Source: Octopus sinensis (taxonomy: Eukaryota). Taken from it: a stretch of DNA of 64,000 bases. The first letter of the stretch is position 1, and each line of letters starts with the position of its first letter. Below the pieces are notes generated by a model, which saw only the letters and a list, made by a program, of their open reading frames with translations, was not told the origin of the DNA and did no database searches. A program made the translations under genes and the position numbers. Positions 11,187-24,140 of this stretch are shown here, in pieces. Location of the stretch: the NCBI RefSeq assembly GCF_006345805.1, contig NC_043003.1, forward strand, positions 93,248,001 to 93,312,000. The letters run 5' to 3'.

Positions 11187-12739
11187 AAATAAGTATATCT
11201 TTCCTGTTATTAATATGTGGGGAAAGAAGGTAGTATAAGTAATCGCTACACGTGTTTCTGCACTAGTGGGGTGTGTATTAAGGCTATACTTAATACATAA
11301 ATTCACCAGTGCGTCCCCAGGCTATGTATATTATTATTATGTACGGGTAAAAGTTAAAATTAAAAGTTTAAAATTATATTAAAAATATAAATTCCAAATA
11401 CATTTTAAATTATTAAATACCTAATGTACAATTAAGATATATATTGAAAATGCTCCACCTAAAGAAATTTTAACGATTAAATTGGAAGCACATCAAATCG
11501 TATAATATATCTAAATAAATATAGAAATTATATTATTTGTAGTGTAAAATATACCCCTGTCAATACTAGTATAATAAAACATATTTTATGTCAAATGTGA
11601 GTTAATAGTCTAAAATAACGATTAATTAGTAAATACAACTACTTAGTGAATAAAACAAAAGAGGTCGATTACTTTACGACATAAGGTTTAATCCTGCAAG
11701 TTCAAGAGCAAATGTTCTGTTTTTAACCAAAGCAGCACAACAACAAGTATTCGGACGTACATCCATCAAAATAATCATAATTGAATGAGGAAGTGGTTGT
11801 CATTGAAATTGATAAGGAGGGAAAAAATTCTGTAAATTGGTGAAATACTTTATAATATTTTATATTAATAAAGAGACGAAGCTCATACGAACCTCACCAT
11901 TCGATAAATAGAGGTTGAGAAAATATGTATTGAATAAAGTTTGGTATTTAATATAATCAACTAAAATCTCAGAAGACAGTGCCCCAGCATGACCGTAATC
12001 TAACGACTGAAATCAAGTAAAGAATACGAAACGTAGACTGACTACGCAGATTAGGACAATTAAAACCCCCAGAGAGCGTTTTAATTATACTTGTCGTGTT
12101 ACTCATATCTATGATAATTACCTTAACATTTCATCATTACAGCCATAACAATGATAATTATGGCTGTAATGATGAAATGTGACGATAGAATACAGTGGAT
12201 TAACTTGACCCTTGCAGTTATATTTTATATTATTACCTATGAAAAGATGAAAAGCAAGGTTGTTCTCGGCAGGATTTGAATTCAGAACACAAAGAGATAT
12301 CAATGAATATAGCAAAGTAATTTAACCAGTGACTGTAATGGTTCTGTCACAGACCGCTCACACGACCATGTAGAAAAAGCTTCTCAGCTAACACGAGGGT
12401 GTGCTAATTGGCATATTCGTGATAATTGGAAAATCCGTTCAAAAATTACTAATTAATGTTTTTAAGTTGAGGCGGCACTAAGCCAGTGAGATTATAAACA
12501 TTCAGAATAGATTGTTAACATACTTTTATACTATGTCTACTTTTTTTTTGTATTTTCTGCACTCGTTAAAATATATTATGGTGTCATTTGAAACAATGCC
12601 ATTTATTTTTTAAGCGATCTTAAAATGTACCTTATAATCTTCAGCTTAAACCATTTCCATATTCACAAAAAAACAATTCAGGGATATTCTGCACAAGAAA
12701 ACCTGAACATTTAATTATAAAGATCACTTCTATATTTGA

Positions 12740-12954
12740 GGCAGGCGTAGTTGTCTTGTTGAGCACTTGCTGTCCAACAAAGTGGTTCTGCAGTGGGTTC
12801 TGCATTGGGCCTACCAAAGACTTGTGAGTGGATTTGGTAGATAGAAACTGGAGGAAGCCCGTCGCGCGCTCGCGTGTGTGTGTATGTATATGTGTGTATA
12901 TCTGTATGCGTATGTATGTATACGGGTGTATGTATGTGCGTATCTTTGTATTTA

Positions 12955-12989
<35 letters not shown>

Positions 12990-13200
12990 CTGTGTTTGTA
13001 TTATGTCCACCATTACCGCTCGACAAGCGATGTTGGTTTGTTTACGTACCCGTAATTTAGCGGTTCAGCAAAAGTGAGAGACAATAAGTATCAGTCTTAA
13101 AAAAAATAAATGTACTTGGGTCGATTTGTTCGATTAAACCCTTCAAGGTGGTGTCCCAACACAGCCGCAGTCAAATGATTGAAACAAGTAAATGATAAAA
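12740..13200 (+). mobile_element. Diverged family A SINE
   Basis: cttgtgagtggatttggtaga, internal TG/TA repeat, tail cagtcaaatgattgaaacaagtaa. Confidence 0.75.
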
Positions 13201-13399
13201 AATTTCATGGTAGAATACTGTCAACACATATGAAAAGATATAAGTACATCATTGATAATACCGTAACACTACGGTGACATACTTTTCAATTCCCCGTTTT
13301 CTCTTGTTTTATTCCGAGGTCTCCGTATTTTTCGGGAGATTGTGGATCTGCACCACGAAAATTCTTATTTAAGGCGCAGATCTGGGTAAGCTTTTTTTG

Positions 13400-15600
13400 T
13401 TGTGGAATAATAACAATCACCTATACATGCAGATCTCCACTCCCGGACAGATCTCATTCAGATGTATGGCGAAAGTATCAAGGGCACACAAAAACTACCC
13501 CAATGGTTATCAATTGCAACTACTCTTTTCATTTCCTAAAAATAGTTAAACCACCCTTGCTAAAAATTACTGCCCAATAGCCAACCAGAGCATCATGTAC
13601 AAATTGTACATTGCGTGTCTCAATCTGTTCTTGCAGGATCATTGTGCCACCAATATCAACATTATAACACCTGAGAAAGCTGGAGGAAAGAAGAAGGTGT
13701 GGGGACTGTATAGAACAGCTACTAATTAACAAAATGATCCAGGAAACACTAAAAGATTGCAGTAACTTAAATGTAGTGTGACTGGACTACCAGAAAGCTT
13801 TTGATAGTATAATCCATGGGTGGATTATCAAGGTTTTACAGTTAGCCAAATTCTCATAACCACTAGTGAGTGCTGTGAACATGTGACAAAGGCTTGGCAC
13901 ACCTCTTTGCTTCTTAGGAGTGATGAGGAACAAATTAAGATAGCATTCACTACCTAAAAGGTATCTTTCAGGGTGATATTCTGTCGATGTTGCTCTTTGT
14001 TCTCTCACTAAACCCACTACCATACCTGTTAACAAAACTTAGTGATCATTGAAATGAACCCAGAGGTGTTTCCCATCTTTTCTTTGTCGACGACCTGAAA
14101 CTGTATGGGCCAAATATCGACCGCATAAAAAATCAATTTGACGTCATTGCTCGATTTTCTAGACATTGGAATGGAATTCTCTGAGTTCAAATGTGCATAA
14201 CTGACAATGAAACGTGGAAACGTTGCGCTCTCTGAATACTTAAAAATAAACAGTTTGACTATACAACCTCTAGTCAGGTGACAATTATAGATATCTTGGA
14301 CAAGGTGACAATGTCAGATATGATGGACCCATAAATGAGGAGAGGACCAGAAATGAATACCTCAGAAGAGTAAAGAGGGTATGGCAATTAGAACTCTCAG
14401 CTTACAAGCATATTGCCCGCTACACCTTCGCAGTGCCTGTATTCATGTCTAGGTTTGGCTTTCTGAATTGGTCACTATAAGAACTCAATGAGATAGAAGT
14501 TCGAACTCGCAAACTTCTCAGTGTTAGAGAAAATATTAACATTAATGGAGATGTAGATACGCTATTCTTCCCAAGCAAGGATGGTAATCGTGGTCTCAAA
14601 TCTATATTGATGTCCTATGAAGCACATATTGTAACATTGAATCAACATTTGCGGCAAAGGAAAGAGATCAGTAACTCTTTTGCCCAAGTTAGTGAGCATG
14701 AAATCAACAACATAATTAGGATTGCTAATGAACTTGAAGAGAGGCATGAAATAAGAGCTGATACAGACATCTCTTCGAGAAGCATTAGTAAAATCTGTTT
14801 ATCAGAAAAACAGAATTAAAAGAAATGGACCGGTTCGCTGAAAAGGTAGTACATGGCTACTTGGTACGTAAAACACAAAAGATTGACGGGACTGATCATA
14901 CGCTTGGCATGGAATGTCGATAAATATATGACATTCCTCTTTGAAAGCTACACCATGCAATTTAAGAAGAGATTCCCACCAGGTACCTACATCATAAAAG
15001 GCAGAGAACGTTGATAGACAACAAAGGTAGGTTGTTTAAGGCTAAAACGGAAAAGATGAACCTAATTATTGCCAACTGCGAGAGAATGCCTTTCAGATAT
15101 TTCCCCACTGAGGTATGATACGGTGGCCAGAACAGCCTGGAATAAGATAACAAAAAAGAAAAAAAAACCTCAGACGAAATTGACCATATCAAGACCGATG
15201 GGTAAAAAGAATATCGGTGAAACTTAAAAATTAAAACAGCCACTAAGTTATAACACAACTGGTCAGATATTGTTGCGTGGGACCACAAGGAAAAGATATG
15301 TTCTGCTGTGGAAATCAGCTGCCATCTGAACACCAATGTGGTTAGAAAAATACAAGAGAAAAAGGACATCCATGGATCATTGATAAGAAGTTTGCAAATC
15401 CAGTAACCAAGATACACTTTCAGCTTCATACCTATTATCATTGGAGCAGCAAGATTAATACCAATCCGGCTAGAGCAAAGTATGGCTGAACTTGGGATGT
15501 TAATGAGAGACTGCAAATCCTTAATTTATACGTTACAAATGATCGCGATATCTGGGACTACAAAAATCTGCAATACCTCCTTGAGATTTAAAGGATGATA
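13400..15600 (+). mobile_element. Decayed R4/Dong-like (restriction-like endonuclease) non-LTR retrotransposon
   Basis: Broken frames give NVV*LDYQKAFDSIIHGWI, GIFQGDILS, SHLFFVDDLKLY, YRYLG, DTLFFPSKDGNRGL and NWSDIVAWDHKEKICSAVEISC (PD..D/E-type nuclease region). Confidence 0.85.
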
Positions 15601-15807
15601 ATTAAAACAAGATGCTTTTCTTCACAACTTTGCTATAAAATAGGTGGCCAGTCAGTATTTATTCTTAATCAAAAAGAGAAAAAGAACATATGTATGAGTG
15701 TATGTATGTATGCATGTATGTATGCATGATGCATGTATGTATGTATGTATGTATGTATGTATGTATGTATGTATGTATGCATGCATGTAGGTGTGTGTGT
15801 GTGCGTG

Positions 15808-15920
15808 TGAAGGCTCGTGGTCAAATGACTAAGATTACAGCTCATGTGAGTTCGATTCCTAGACTGGACAGCGCGTTATATCCTCGGGTATGACACATCA
15901 TTTTACACCACCCAAGTCTA
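15808..15920 (+). mobile_element. Diverged tRNA-SINE head fragment
   Basis: gtgagttcgattcctagact B-box region similar to the head at 42436. Confidence 0.5.
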
Positions 15921-15959
15921 TTCAACTAATGTCTAACTCAACTGAAAACCAATAGTTGC

Positions 15960-16161
15960 CTTTCAACATCAACGAAAGGAGGTGTTCGAAAATCTTTCTC
16001 GGGACAAAGTGAGGAACGCCTGCGCTGAGTCACGGAAACGTCTTGAGGCTGTGGTAGTGGAAGCTGAGGGTGGCTGCTTTAAATAAACTGTTATCTTTCA
16101 GCCGGATGGGATATGTTCTCTTTCCTTTTTATGCAAACTCTGAAATTTAGCCCGAACACCC

Positions 16162-16165
<4 letters not shown>
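15960..16165 (+). mobile_element. Tc1/mariner-superfamily 3' remnant
   Basis: Translation RNACA..RKRLEAVVVEAEGGCFK* is typical of a transposase C-terminus; it ends in TIR-like ...gaacaccctata. Confidence 0.6.
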
Positions 16166-16244
<79 letters not shown>

Positions 16245-16252
16245 TATATATT

Positions 16253-16289
<37 letters not shown>

Positions 16290-16303
16290 ATATCTATATA
16301 TTT

Positions 16304-16372
<69 letters not shown>

Positions 16373-16475
16373 AATATATATATATTTTTATTATATATAT
16401 TTATATATATATGATAATATATATTTATATATATTTATATATATATATATATATATATAATATAATATTAGATAT

Positions 16476-16523
<48 letters not shown>

Positions 16524-16535
16524 ATATTATATATT
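16164..16535. repeat. Long imperfect (TA)n
   Basis: Directly visible. Confidence 0.95.
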
Positions 16536-16610
16536 ATTACTAGTTAGGGCAAGTAATAATTGCAAGCTAACGGAAAAACTTTCAACTTAGCACACTAAAT
16601 CAAAATTCAC

Positions 16611-16648
<38 letters not shown>

Positions 16649-16652
<4 letters not shown>

Positions 16653-16900
16653 TAGAGACGAACGCTATTAAGTTATTCCATCATAGTGAAAGATATTATC
16701 TATAATAACTACATAGAAATCAATTAAATAACTTATAATTATTATTCTAAAAAACTCATAACAAATCAAACATTAAATTGGTTTGTTAAGAGTTTTTAGA
16801 ATAACAATTATAAGATATTTAATTGATTTCTATGTAGTTATTATAGATAATATCTTTTCACTATTGATGGAATAACTAAATAGCTGTTCGTCTCTAATTT
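16649..16900. repeat. Foldback of about 250 bp flanked by microsatellites
   Basis: 16649-16768 is a near reverse complement of 16779-16900. Confidence 0.9.
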
Positions 16901-17279
16901 ACACACACACACACATATATATATAAATAAATAAATTAATTAATATATATATATATATATAAATATATATATATATACTAGACTAGACTACATGTGACCC
17001 ATTGCGTCACCGGCAAACTCAGTTTTGTTTCGTGGGTTTTTTCTTCTCCGGGTTATTTCGCATGCTCCCAACAAATGTTACATCAAAAACACGAGTAAAC
17101 GGCTCCTTTCCCCGGAAAAGGAAAGACTTGGCTGCTATTTCTTGCACGACCTGCTACTGCACAACAGTTATGTCCAATCCTTTATTGCAAATAGCTGTTA
17201 CATGGTAGCAGGGCGCGCTAGAAATAGCAGCCAAATCTTTGGAAGTGAGAGAACTGTTAGATTTATTTTCGCAATTTAT

Positions 17280-17827
17280 CCAGTACAACCCTTAAGCAAG
17301 TAAATAGTATTTTCCTAAACAATAGATCCGCTTATTTCGGTTAGTGACTTATTCACGAATATACCAACACTAGCGCCCCTGAGGGTAATATTCTCTGGGA
17401 ACGCACAAAAGCCCTTTTCAGAGTTATTTACTTTGAATTGTTATTATCTCATATCTGATTAGCCTGTTATTACATAACATGCTTCACGATTTTAGTATGC
17501 ATACCTTAGTATTTCCTCCTATGTTCTATATACCCTTGGAAAGCATTAAAGACCTTTTCGGGACTACTTTATTTGAATTCTTACTATCGGGTAACTAATT
17601 TCATGTCATTTCATAACTGACTACACAATTTGGGTATTCATAACTTATTGTGAATTCCTAAAAACAAGATCCTGTGTAAGACAGTTCGGTATTTTCTGTA
17701 AATGCACAAAAACCGTTTTAAGGGCTACATACTTTGTATTGTTGTTATTGGATTAGCGAAACAATTATGAAAACGGAACCAAGTGATAAGCCCCGCTTTC
17801 CCGGGAATTACCAGGTACGTCAGCTAG
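17280..17827 (+). mobile_element. Helitron-like 3' segment with degenerate internal repeats of about 150 bp
   Basis: Ends cccgggaattaccagg...CTAG|T at 17824-17828; related blocks at about 17389, 17533 and 17692. Confidence 0.5.
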
Positions 17828-17878
<51 letters not shown>

Positions 17879-17903
17879 ATATATATATACATATATATGA
17901 ACA

Positions 17904-17965
<62 letters not shown>

Positions 17966-17982
17966 ATATGTTTGTGTGTGTG

Positions 17983-18051
<69 letters not shown>

Positions 18052-18191
18052 ACTTATGGATAGATAGACAGATAAACCTGAATTCCTAATCACTAATTTT
18101 GCTAGTTGAATTATTAAACGCTGATGGCCGAGATCTACGCATTCCGGTGTTGGCGAGTCGTACAATAACTGGTTGGTGGGACAGGGTTGCT

Positions 18192-18300
18192 AAAATTATA
18201 CATGGCAAGGACAGAATGTCTTTTTAATACCAAAACTCCTACACATGTATTTATGAAAGAGGTATTAAAAAGGAATCATATCCGTGTCATACGTAATTTT
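18192..18300. repeat. Degenerate inverted repeat (MITE-like)
   Basis: 18192-18231 versus 18261-18300. Confidence 0.55.
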
Positions 18301-18621
18301 TACCTCACTCTCACCCAGCTCTTCTAAAAACTATTGACACCAGGATATTGTGTGGGTCTTGACAACGAACATTTGATTGTTCAACTAACTGACGTAAAAT
18401 TAACATATAAACGGCTGAATATTCCACAGTCAGCTGTGCACTAAACGCGATTCTCGGTTCCAATCAGCATGTCACAATATGATCAGACTGAGCCTTTGAA
18501 TTACAAATACTATTTAATATTAATGATCTGTAAAGACATCATATTTCTTTATGCAACAATAATATACTACAAAGTTTTTTAAAGTCAATACTGTGTTCTA
18601 CAGTGTTACAGTGCTATCAAC

Positions 18622-18960
18622 ACTTGTCAAGGTTATCTCTACAGATATTTTATAGAAATTATAGCTAGCACTGATTCTTGTTACGGCGTTTCATACCCGT
18701 GACGCTTGATGTAAACAGCGAGATCGAAGATGAAAAATGGGTAATAAGTGTATACGCCATGTTTCAGGAGTTTTGTTCTTTCATTAGCACCCATCCGACC
18801 CATTAATCATCCACTAACACATTTTTCATATTCGATCTCATAATCGTCTACATTTGGCGTCTCGGATACAAAACGTCGTAAAAGAAAATCAGTGCTGGCT
18901 AAAAATCATCTCTACAGATTTCTGTATATAGAATATCTGTAGAGATGACTTTAACAAGAG
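18622..18960. repeat. Old foldback or MITE with arms of about 120-140 bp
   Basis: tctctacagatatt..agcactgatt..gagatcgaa is mirrored by ttcgatctc..aatcagtgct..aatatctgtagaga. Confidence 0.7.
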
Positions 18961-19518
18961 ATACACCACAGAGAAACAGAGTGAAGGATGGACTCCAATG
19001 TTTACTTTATTTTATTTATCAACACCGAAAGTGTCAAAAGCAAATTTGATCTGGGTGGAAATTGAAGTCAAAGCGGAGAGAGCCAGAACGAATAATGCTA
19101 CGCAACACATTTAATCCTCCATTTTAATGATCCTTTATTTTACTACTATCAGGATGCGTATATAAAAAAAAATGACGTTACAAAACTAGGTGCTAACTAA
19201 AATTCTCTATTTCTTCTACTTTTGCTTTTGTTTATTTATCTGCTTATTTATTTATTTATGCATTTATTTCTTTAATTGTTCAGCTCTTCCCTCACACACT
19301 GGCTGCAATTGTTGTCTTGGCTTGAATATCAGTTACTGTCATATGTAACAAATAAAGCTACATAATTTTCACAATTAAATCAAATTATCTTTCAAGACTA
19401 TTCGTCATTAACAGGTATATATATATATTATATATATCCTGCTTCCATTTCCTGAGCGCCTATTAATAATAATACTGTAATTGTTCCATTGTTGTTGTTT
19501 TTTGTTCCCGTTTGGATT

Positions 19519-19569
<51 letters not shown>

Positions 19570-19954
19570 AAGAGAGAGAGAGAAAGAGAGAGATAAATAG
19601 AGAGACACACATACACAGAAACACATTTATGTATACATATATGAAGTAATGTATGTATGTAGTATGTATACACACACACACACACTGGTGTGTGGGTGTT
19701 ATAGAGCAACTATGAAGAATTGAGGTGAATGTTCTAATAAATAAATAAATAAATAAATAAATGAACAGGTAACTATTCTATGAATAATATGAATGAATTC
19801 GTTAAATATATAATTGCTGTTGTTGCGATTGCTGTAGTAGCTATTGTTGTTTAGCATTAGGTCAACCATGATCGAGCACAGCTATGAAAAAAGGAATTCT
19901 AGCTATGACCATTCCATCTAACTTGCTTGAGGGATTATCCAGGATTACATTGTT

Positions 19955-20535
19955 CTTTTCTACTGTAGGCACAAGGCCCGAAATTTTGGGGGATGGGTCC
20001 AGTCGATTAAATCGACCCCAGTATGCAACTGGTACTTAATTTAATGACCCCGAAAAGTTGAAAGGCAAAGTCGACCTCGGCGGAATTTGAACTCAGAATG
20101 TAAAGACAGACGGAATACTTATTTCTTTACAACCCACAAGGGGCTAAACACAGGGAGGACAAACAAGGACAGACAAACGGATTAAGTTGATTATATCTAC
20201 CCCAGTGCGTAACTGGTACTATTTAATCGACCCCGAAAGGATGAAAGGCAAAGTCGACCTCGGCGGAATTTGAACTCAGAACGTAGCGGCAGGCGAAATA
20301 CCTATTTCTTTACTGCCCACAAGGGGCTACACACAGAGGGGATAAACAAGGACAGATAAACGGATTAAGTCGATTACATCGATCCCAGTGCATAACTGGT
20401 ACTTAATTTATCGACCCCGTAAGGATGAAAGGCAAAGTCGACCTCGGCGGAATTTGAACTCAGAACGTAACGGCAGACGAAATACGGCTACGCATTTCGC
20501 CCGGCGTGCTAACGCTTCTGCCAGCTTACCACCTT
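19955..20535 (-). mobile_element. Family B SINE trimer; last unit has an alternative tail
   Basis: Two units with Tx1-like tail are followed by a unit ending cccccaaaatttcgggccttgtgcctacagtagaaa. Confidence 0.88.
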
Positions 20536-20633
20536 CTAAGACTACGTAATTGGTTAAAAACAGATTTCGCTGTTGTGTCCAGTTGATTGCGTGGCCACTG
20601 TTATTGATATTATTATTGTGGTTGTTGTTAAGA

Positions 20634-21065
20634 CAGGGAGCCGGCAGAGTTGTTAGCATGTCAGACAAAATGCTTAACGGTATTTCTTCCAGTCAGGGCG
20701 GCGAGCTGGCAGAATCGTTAGATCGCCGGGCGAAATGCTTAGCGGTATTTCGTCTGCCGCTACGTTTTGAGTTCAAATTCCGCCGAGGTCGACTTTGCCT
20801 TTCATCCTTTCGGGGTCGATTAAATAAGTACCAGTTACGCACTGGGGTCGATATAATCGACTTAATCCGTTTGTCTGTCCTTCTTTGTCCTCTCTGTGTT
20901 TAGCCCCTTGTGGGTAGTAAAGAAATAGGTATTTCTTCCGGTCATTTTTATATTCTGAGTTCAAATTCCGCGGAGGTCAACTTTTCCTTTCATCCTTTCG
21001 TGGCGCATCGATAAGGTAAGCACCAGTCAAGTGCTGGAATCGATGTAATCGAATCCCCCACCAAA
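20634..21065 (+). mobile_element. Older family B SINE containing a younger full-length family B SINE (20696-20926)
   Basis: Host sequence ggtatttcttccRgtca is duplicated at 20679-20695 and 20927-20943. Confidence 0.85.
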
Positions 21066-21194
21066 AATATAAAATAAAAGTACTTTTTACCCTATGCCCA
21101 AAATTGAATTCACTATTGCCGTTGGTGTAATTGTGGGTAATATATATATATATATTAACAACAGAGCTAGTATTAATAAAATAAATGCGCCCTT

Positions 21195-21422
21195 TTGAAG
21201 CCTAGCCAGGCTCATGGGCCCGGTTTCTATGGCATGTGTTCCCCAGCTGGACGGGACGCCAGACCATCGCAGCGTTACTCATTTTTGCCAGCTGAGTAGA
21301 CTGGAGCAACGTGAAATGAATGTTTTGCCCAAGAACACAACGCGTCGTCCGGTTCAGGAATCGAAACCACAATCTTACGATCATGATGCTGACACCCTAA
21401 CCACTAAGCTACGCGCCTCCAC
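21195..21422 (-). mobile_element. tRNA-derived SINE with CORE-like centre and a distinct tail
   Basis: Minus-strand head gtagcttagtggttagg...tttcgattcc, then gttcttgggcaaaac and gcgatggtctggcgtcccgtccag. Confidence 0.8.
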
Positions 21423-21464
21423 AGGTAGTATTAATACTAAGAGGTAATATTTATACCCTCTCTA

Positions 21465-21640
21465 AGGTGGTGGCGGCATTTTGTCCTGCTTTATACTCTG
21501 AGTTCTAATTCCGCCGAGGTCGACTTTGCTATTCATCCTTTCGGGGTCGATAAAATAAGTACCACTTGAACAGGAAGGTCGATGTAATCGACTTATTCCT
21601 CCCTCGAAGTTGCTGGCCTTGTGCCAAAATTTGAAATCAA
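21465..21640 (+). mobile_element. Family B SINE with alternative tail
   Basis: Meta-like core plus ttgctggccttgtgccaaaatttgaaa. Confidence 0.75.
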
Positions 21641-22198
21641 TATTTATGCCCACTTAAACGCGTATATCTTGTTAGAACAAACAATAGTGCAGTAGATACG
21701 GTGAGAAACTCTGACTTAGGCTTTTGGTGCAAACTGCTCCCTTGTTTATATTGTTAACAGGGAGACTAAAAGCTAATGTGAGAATTTTTCTCGTGGTTTC
21801 TACAGCAGTACAGTTTGTTCTAACAGAGGAAATCCACGTTTAAGTTGGCCTAAATATTACTTCGCGAAATTTTTAGTGTCCGAGCAGCAGCATATGAAAA
21901 GAAGATTGATAAACTACAGATACAACACACAGTGAATCACTTTGGGTAGACATCAACACCCGAGACACTTTTTAGGTGTGGTCATCCATTCATTTAAGAC
22001 TTAAAAAACCTGTTTTCTAACTTGACAGAGAAACAAAAAGAGTTCGTCGAGAACAATTTGCTTTTTGTATTGTATAGCTCTATTTATGACATATCGAACT
22101 ACGAATAATGGTTTAGCTCAGTGGTTCTTAATTTTTTCTGTAGCGGCCCCACTTTTAAATAGTTGTTATGCCTATCACCCACTTGAGTGGTGACTGAG

Positions 22199-22388
22199 GT
22201 GTATTTCGTCTTCCGTTACGTTCCGAGTTCAAATTCCGCCGAGGTCGACTTTGCCTTTCATCCTTTCAGGGTCGATAAATTAAGTACCAGTTATCCACTA
22301 GGGTCGATGTAATCGACTTAATCTCTTTGTCTGTCCTTGTTTGTCCCTTCTGTGTTTAGCCTCTTGTGGGTAGTAAAGAAATAGGTAT
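22199..22388 (+). mobile_element. Headless family B unit
   Basis: Starts gtatttcgtc and ends gggtagtaaagaaataggtat. Confidence 0.85.
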
Positions 22389-22591
22389 GACGACTAAACT
22401 AATTTAACATGGTAATTTATAAATTATACTCTAAAAATGGATAGTAAAAGCTTTTAATAATGAAATGGTAAAAAATGAATAAAGACACAAGTTGTAAATT
22501 TACTTTATACATTGCAAGTGAAGTGAATGACTTCCTTGTGTCCCATTTTATTTTAATAACCACCAATAGTTTTATCATGTACAATATAATT

Positions 22592-22905
22592 ACCAGTACC
22601 GGGCCGCAGACCAGTACCAAGCTGCAGAACAGAGCCGGGCCGCAGACCATTACCGGGTCGTAGACCATTACCGGGCTGCAGAACAGAAACGGGATGCAGA
22701 CTAGTACCTGGTACCGGGCCGCAGACCAGCACCGGGTCGCAGACCAGTACCAAGTTACAGAACAGAAATGGGCTGCTGCAGACTAGTACCGGGCCGAAGA
22801 CCAGTACCAGGCTGTAGGCCAGTACCGGGCCGCAGACCAGCACCGGTCCGCAGACCAGTACCGGGCCGCAGATTAGTACTGGGCCGCAGAGCAGAACGGG
22901 CAGCA
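22592..22905. repeat. 18-bp minisatellite (consensus accagtaccgggccgcag, about 17 copies)
   Basis: Units counted by eye. It lies between hAT-like ends at about 22120 (cagtggttctt) and 23150-23188 (..ggttagggcccgctg). Confidence 0.9.
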
Positions 22906-23664
22906 TAGAAAGCATACATTTTAAGATTTTATTTCTGTTTTATTGGTTATTGCAGTCTACTGGGTGTTCTTACATTATATATGTATTATGCATATAATTA
23001 ATATATACGAGTATGTATAATTACAAGTATATAGTAATTACAAAGTGTATAGTTACAAGTATGTAATAATTACAATGTGTATTGTGCACTTTATTGTGTT
23101 TTGCTATGCGTAAGAGATCCCTCAATAAGTGGAAAAAACTGTCATACATGAAACAGGTCCGAGGTGCAAAATGGTTAGGGCCCGCTGCCTCACGTGATTA
23201 CTCGACCTCTTAGAAATAACGACCAAATACCTCTCAGATTACACCCATGAACGCATTGGATAATATATGTAGTCCTGAAAACAGTCTAAATAAAGAGTGG
23301 GTAGATCTAGGCTGGACCCGCCAAAGTTAGCGATCCGCCAGGTACACACCCATAAGCACGAAAACCTCGACGACGGCTACGAAGACGACGAGAACGATGA
23401 CCACCACCATTACCACCGCCACCACGACCACCACTGCCGCTGCCGCCGCCACCACCACAATAACAACAATAATACCTACATAACTTTCCTATAAAATGTG
23501 AACGTGTATTTTATAATATTTCCCGGTGAGAAATTACTATAGTTACTATAACATTGACAAAGACACGAACGTTATACTATCCTATTCTCCCACTCCCCCG
23601 CTCATTTACAGTCTATTACCTGAAGACCTTGTGTCTATGCAAGAGGGTATTTTCTCAACAAAGC

Positions 23665-23835
23665 TTTGTTGTTGTTGCTGTTGTTATTTAGCACCAGGTC
23701 AGGTCTGTGCAGACCTATGATCAAAGGTGTTCCTCTCGAGTCTTTAGGTCTACACTATCCAATATGTTTCTTATTCTAGATGGTAAGATGTGATATGAAG
23801 GACATATGACTGCTGTTTCTAACAGAGTCAAACGG
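23665..23835 (-). repeat. Old dispersed repeat family (ctagaaatagcagccaaat...gacctggggctaaacaacaac type)
   Basis: Similar degenerate blocks at about 19845-19955, 23195-23290, 26620-26910, 32935-33110 and 62100-62290. Confidence 0.55.
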
Positions 23836-23874
23836 CTACGTAAATATTCTCCCTGTTGGCTTAGTAGAGTCTTT

Positions 23875-24140
23875 GGTGGTACTTTAGCGTGCGGTCTACC
23901 TGGCCATTTACAATTTAGCATTCAGTCTAACCCTAACCCTCAGTATAACCCTAATCCTAAACCCCAGCTTTTACCCTAAACTCTGACTCTAGCCCAAAAC
24001 TCCCGCCCTAACCCTGAAAACCTAACCTAATCCTAATCCTAAATCTAACTCGAACACTAAACCCTAACCCTAATCCTAACTTGGGTATTTCACTGCGTAG
24101 ACTACGGAGATAGCAGTAGACCACACGCTAAAGTAGAACC
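23875..24140. mobile_element. TIR MITE with internal degenerate (CCCTAA)n
   Basis: TIRs ggtggtactttagcgtgcggtctac and gtagaccacacgctaaagtagaacc; telomere-like repeats at about 23927-24080. Confidence 0.75.

Noticed and set aside
22553-22915. ORF with repeated CGPVLV units
   Set aside because: Product of the 18-bp minisatellite; no splice or homology support.
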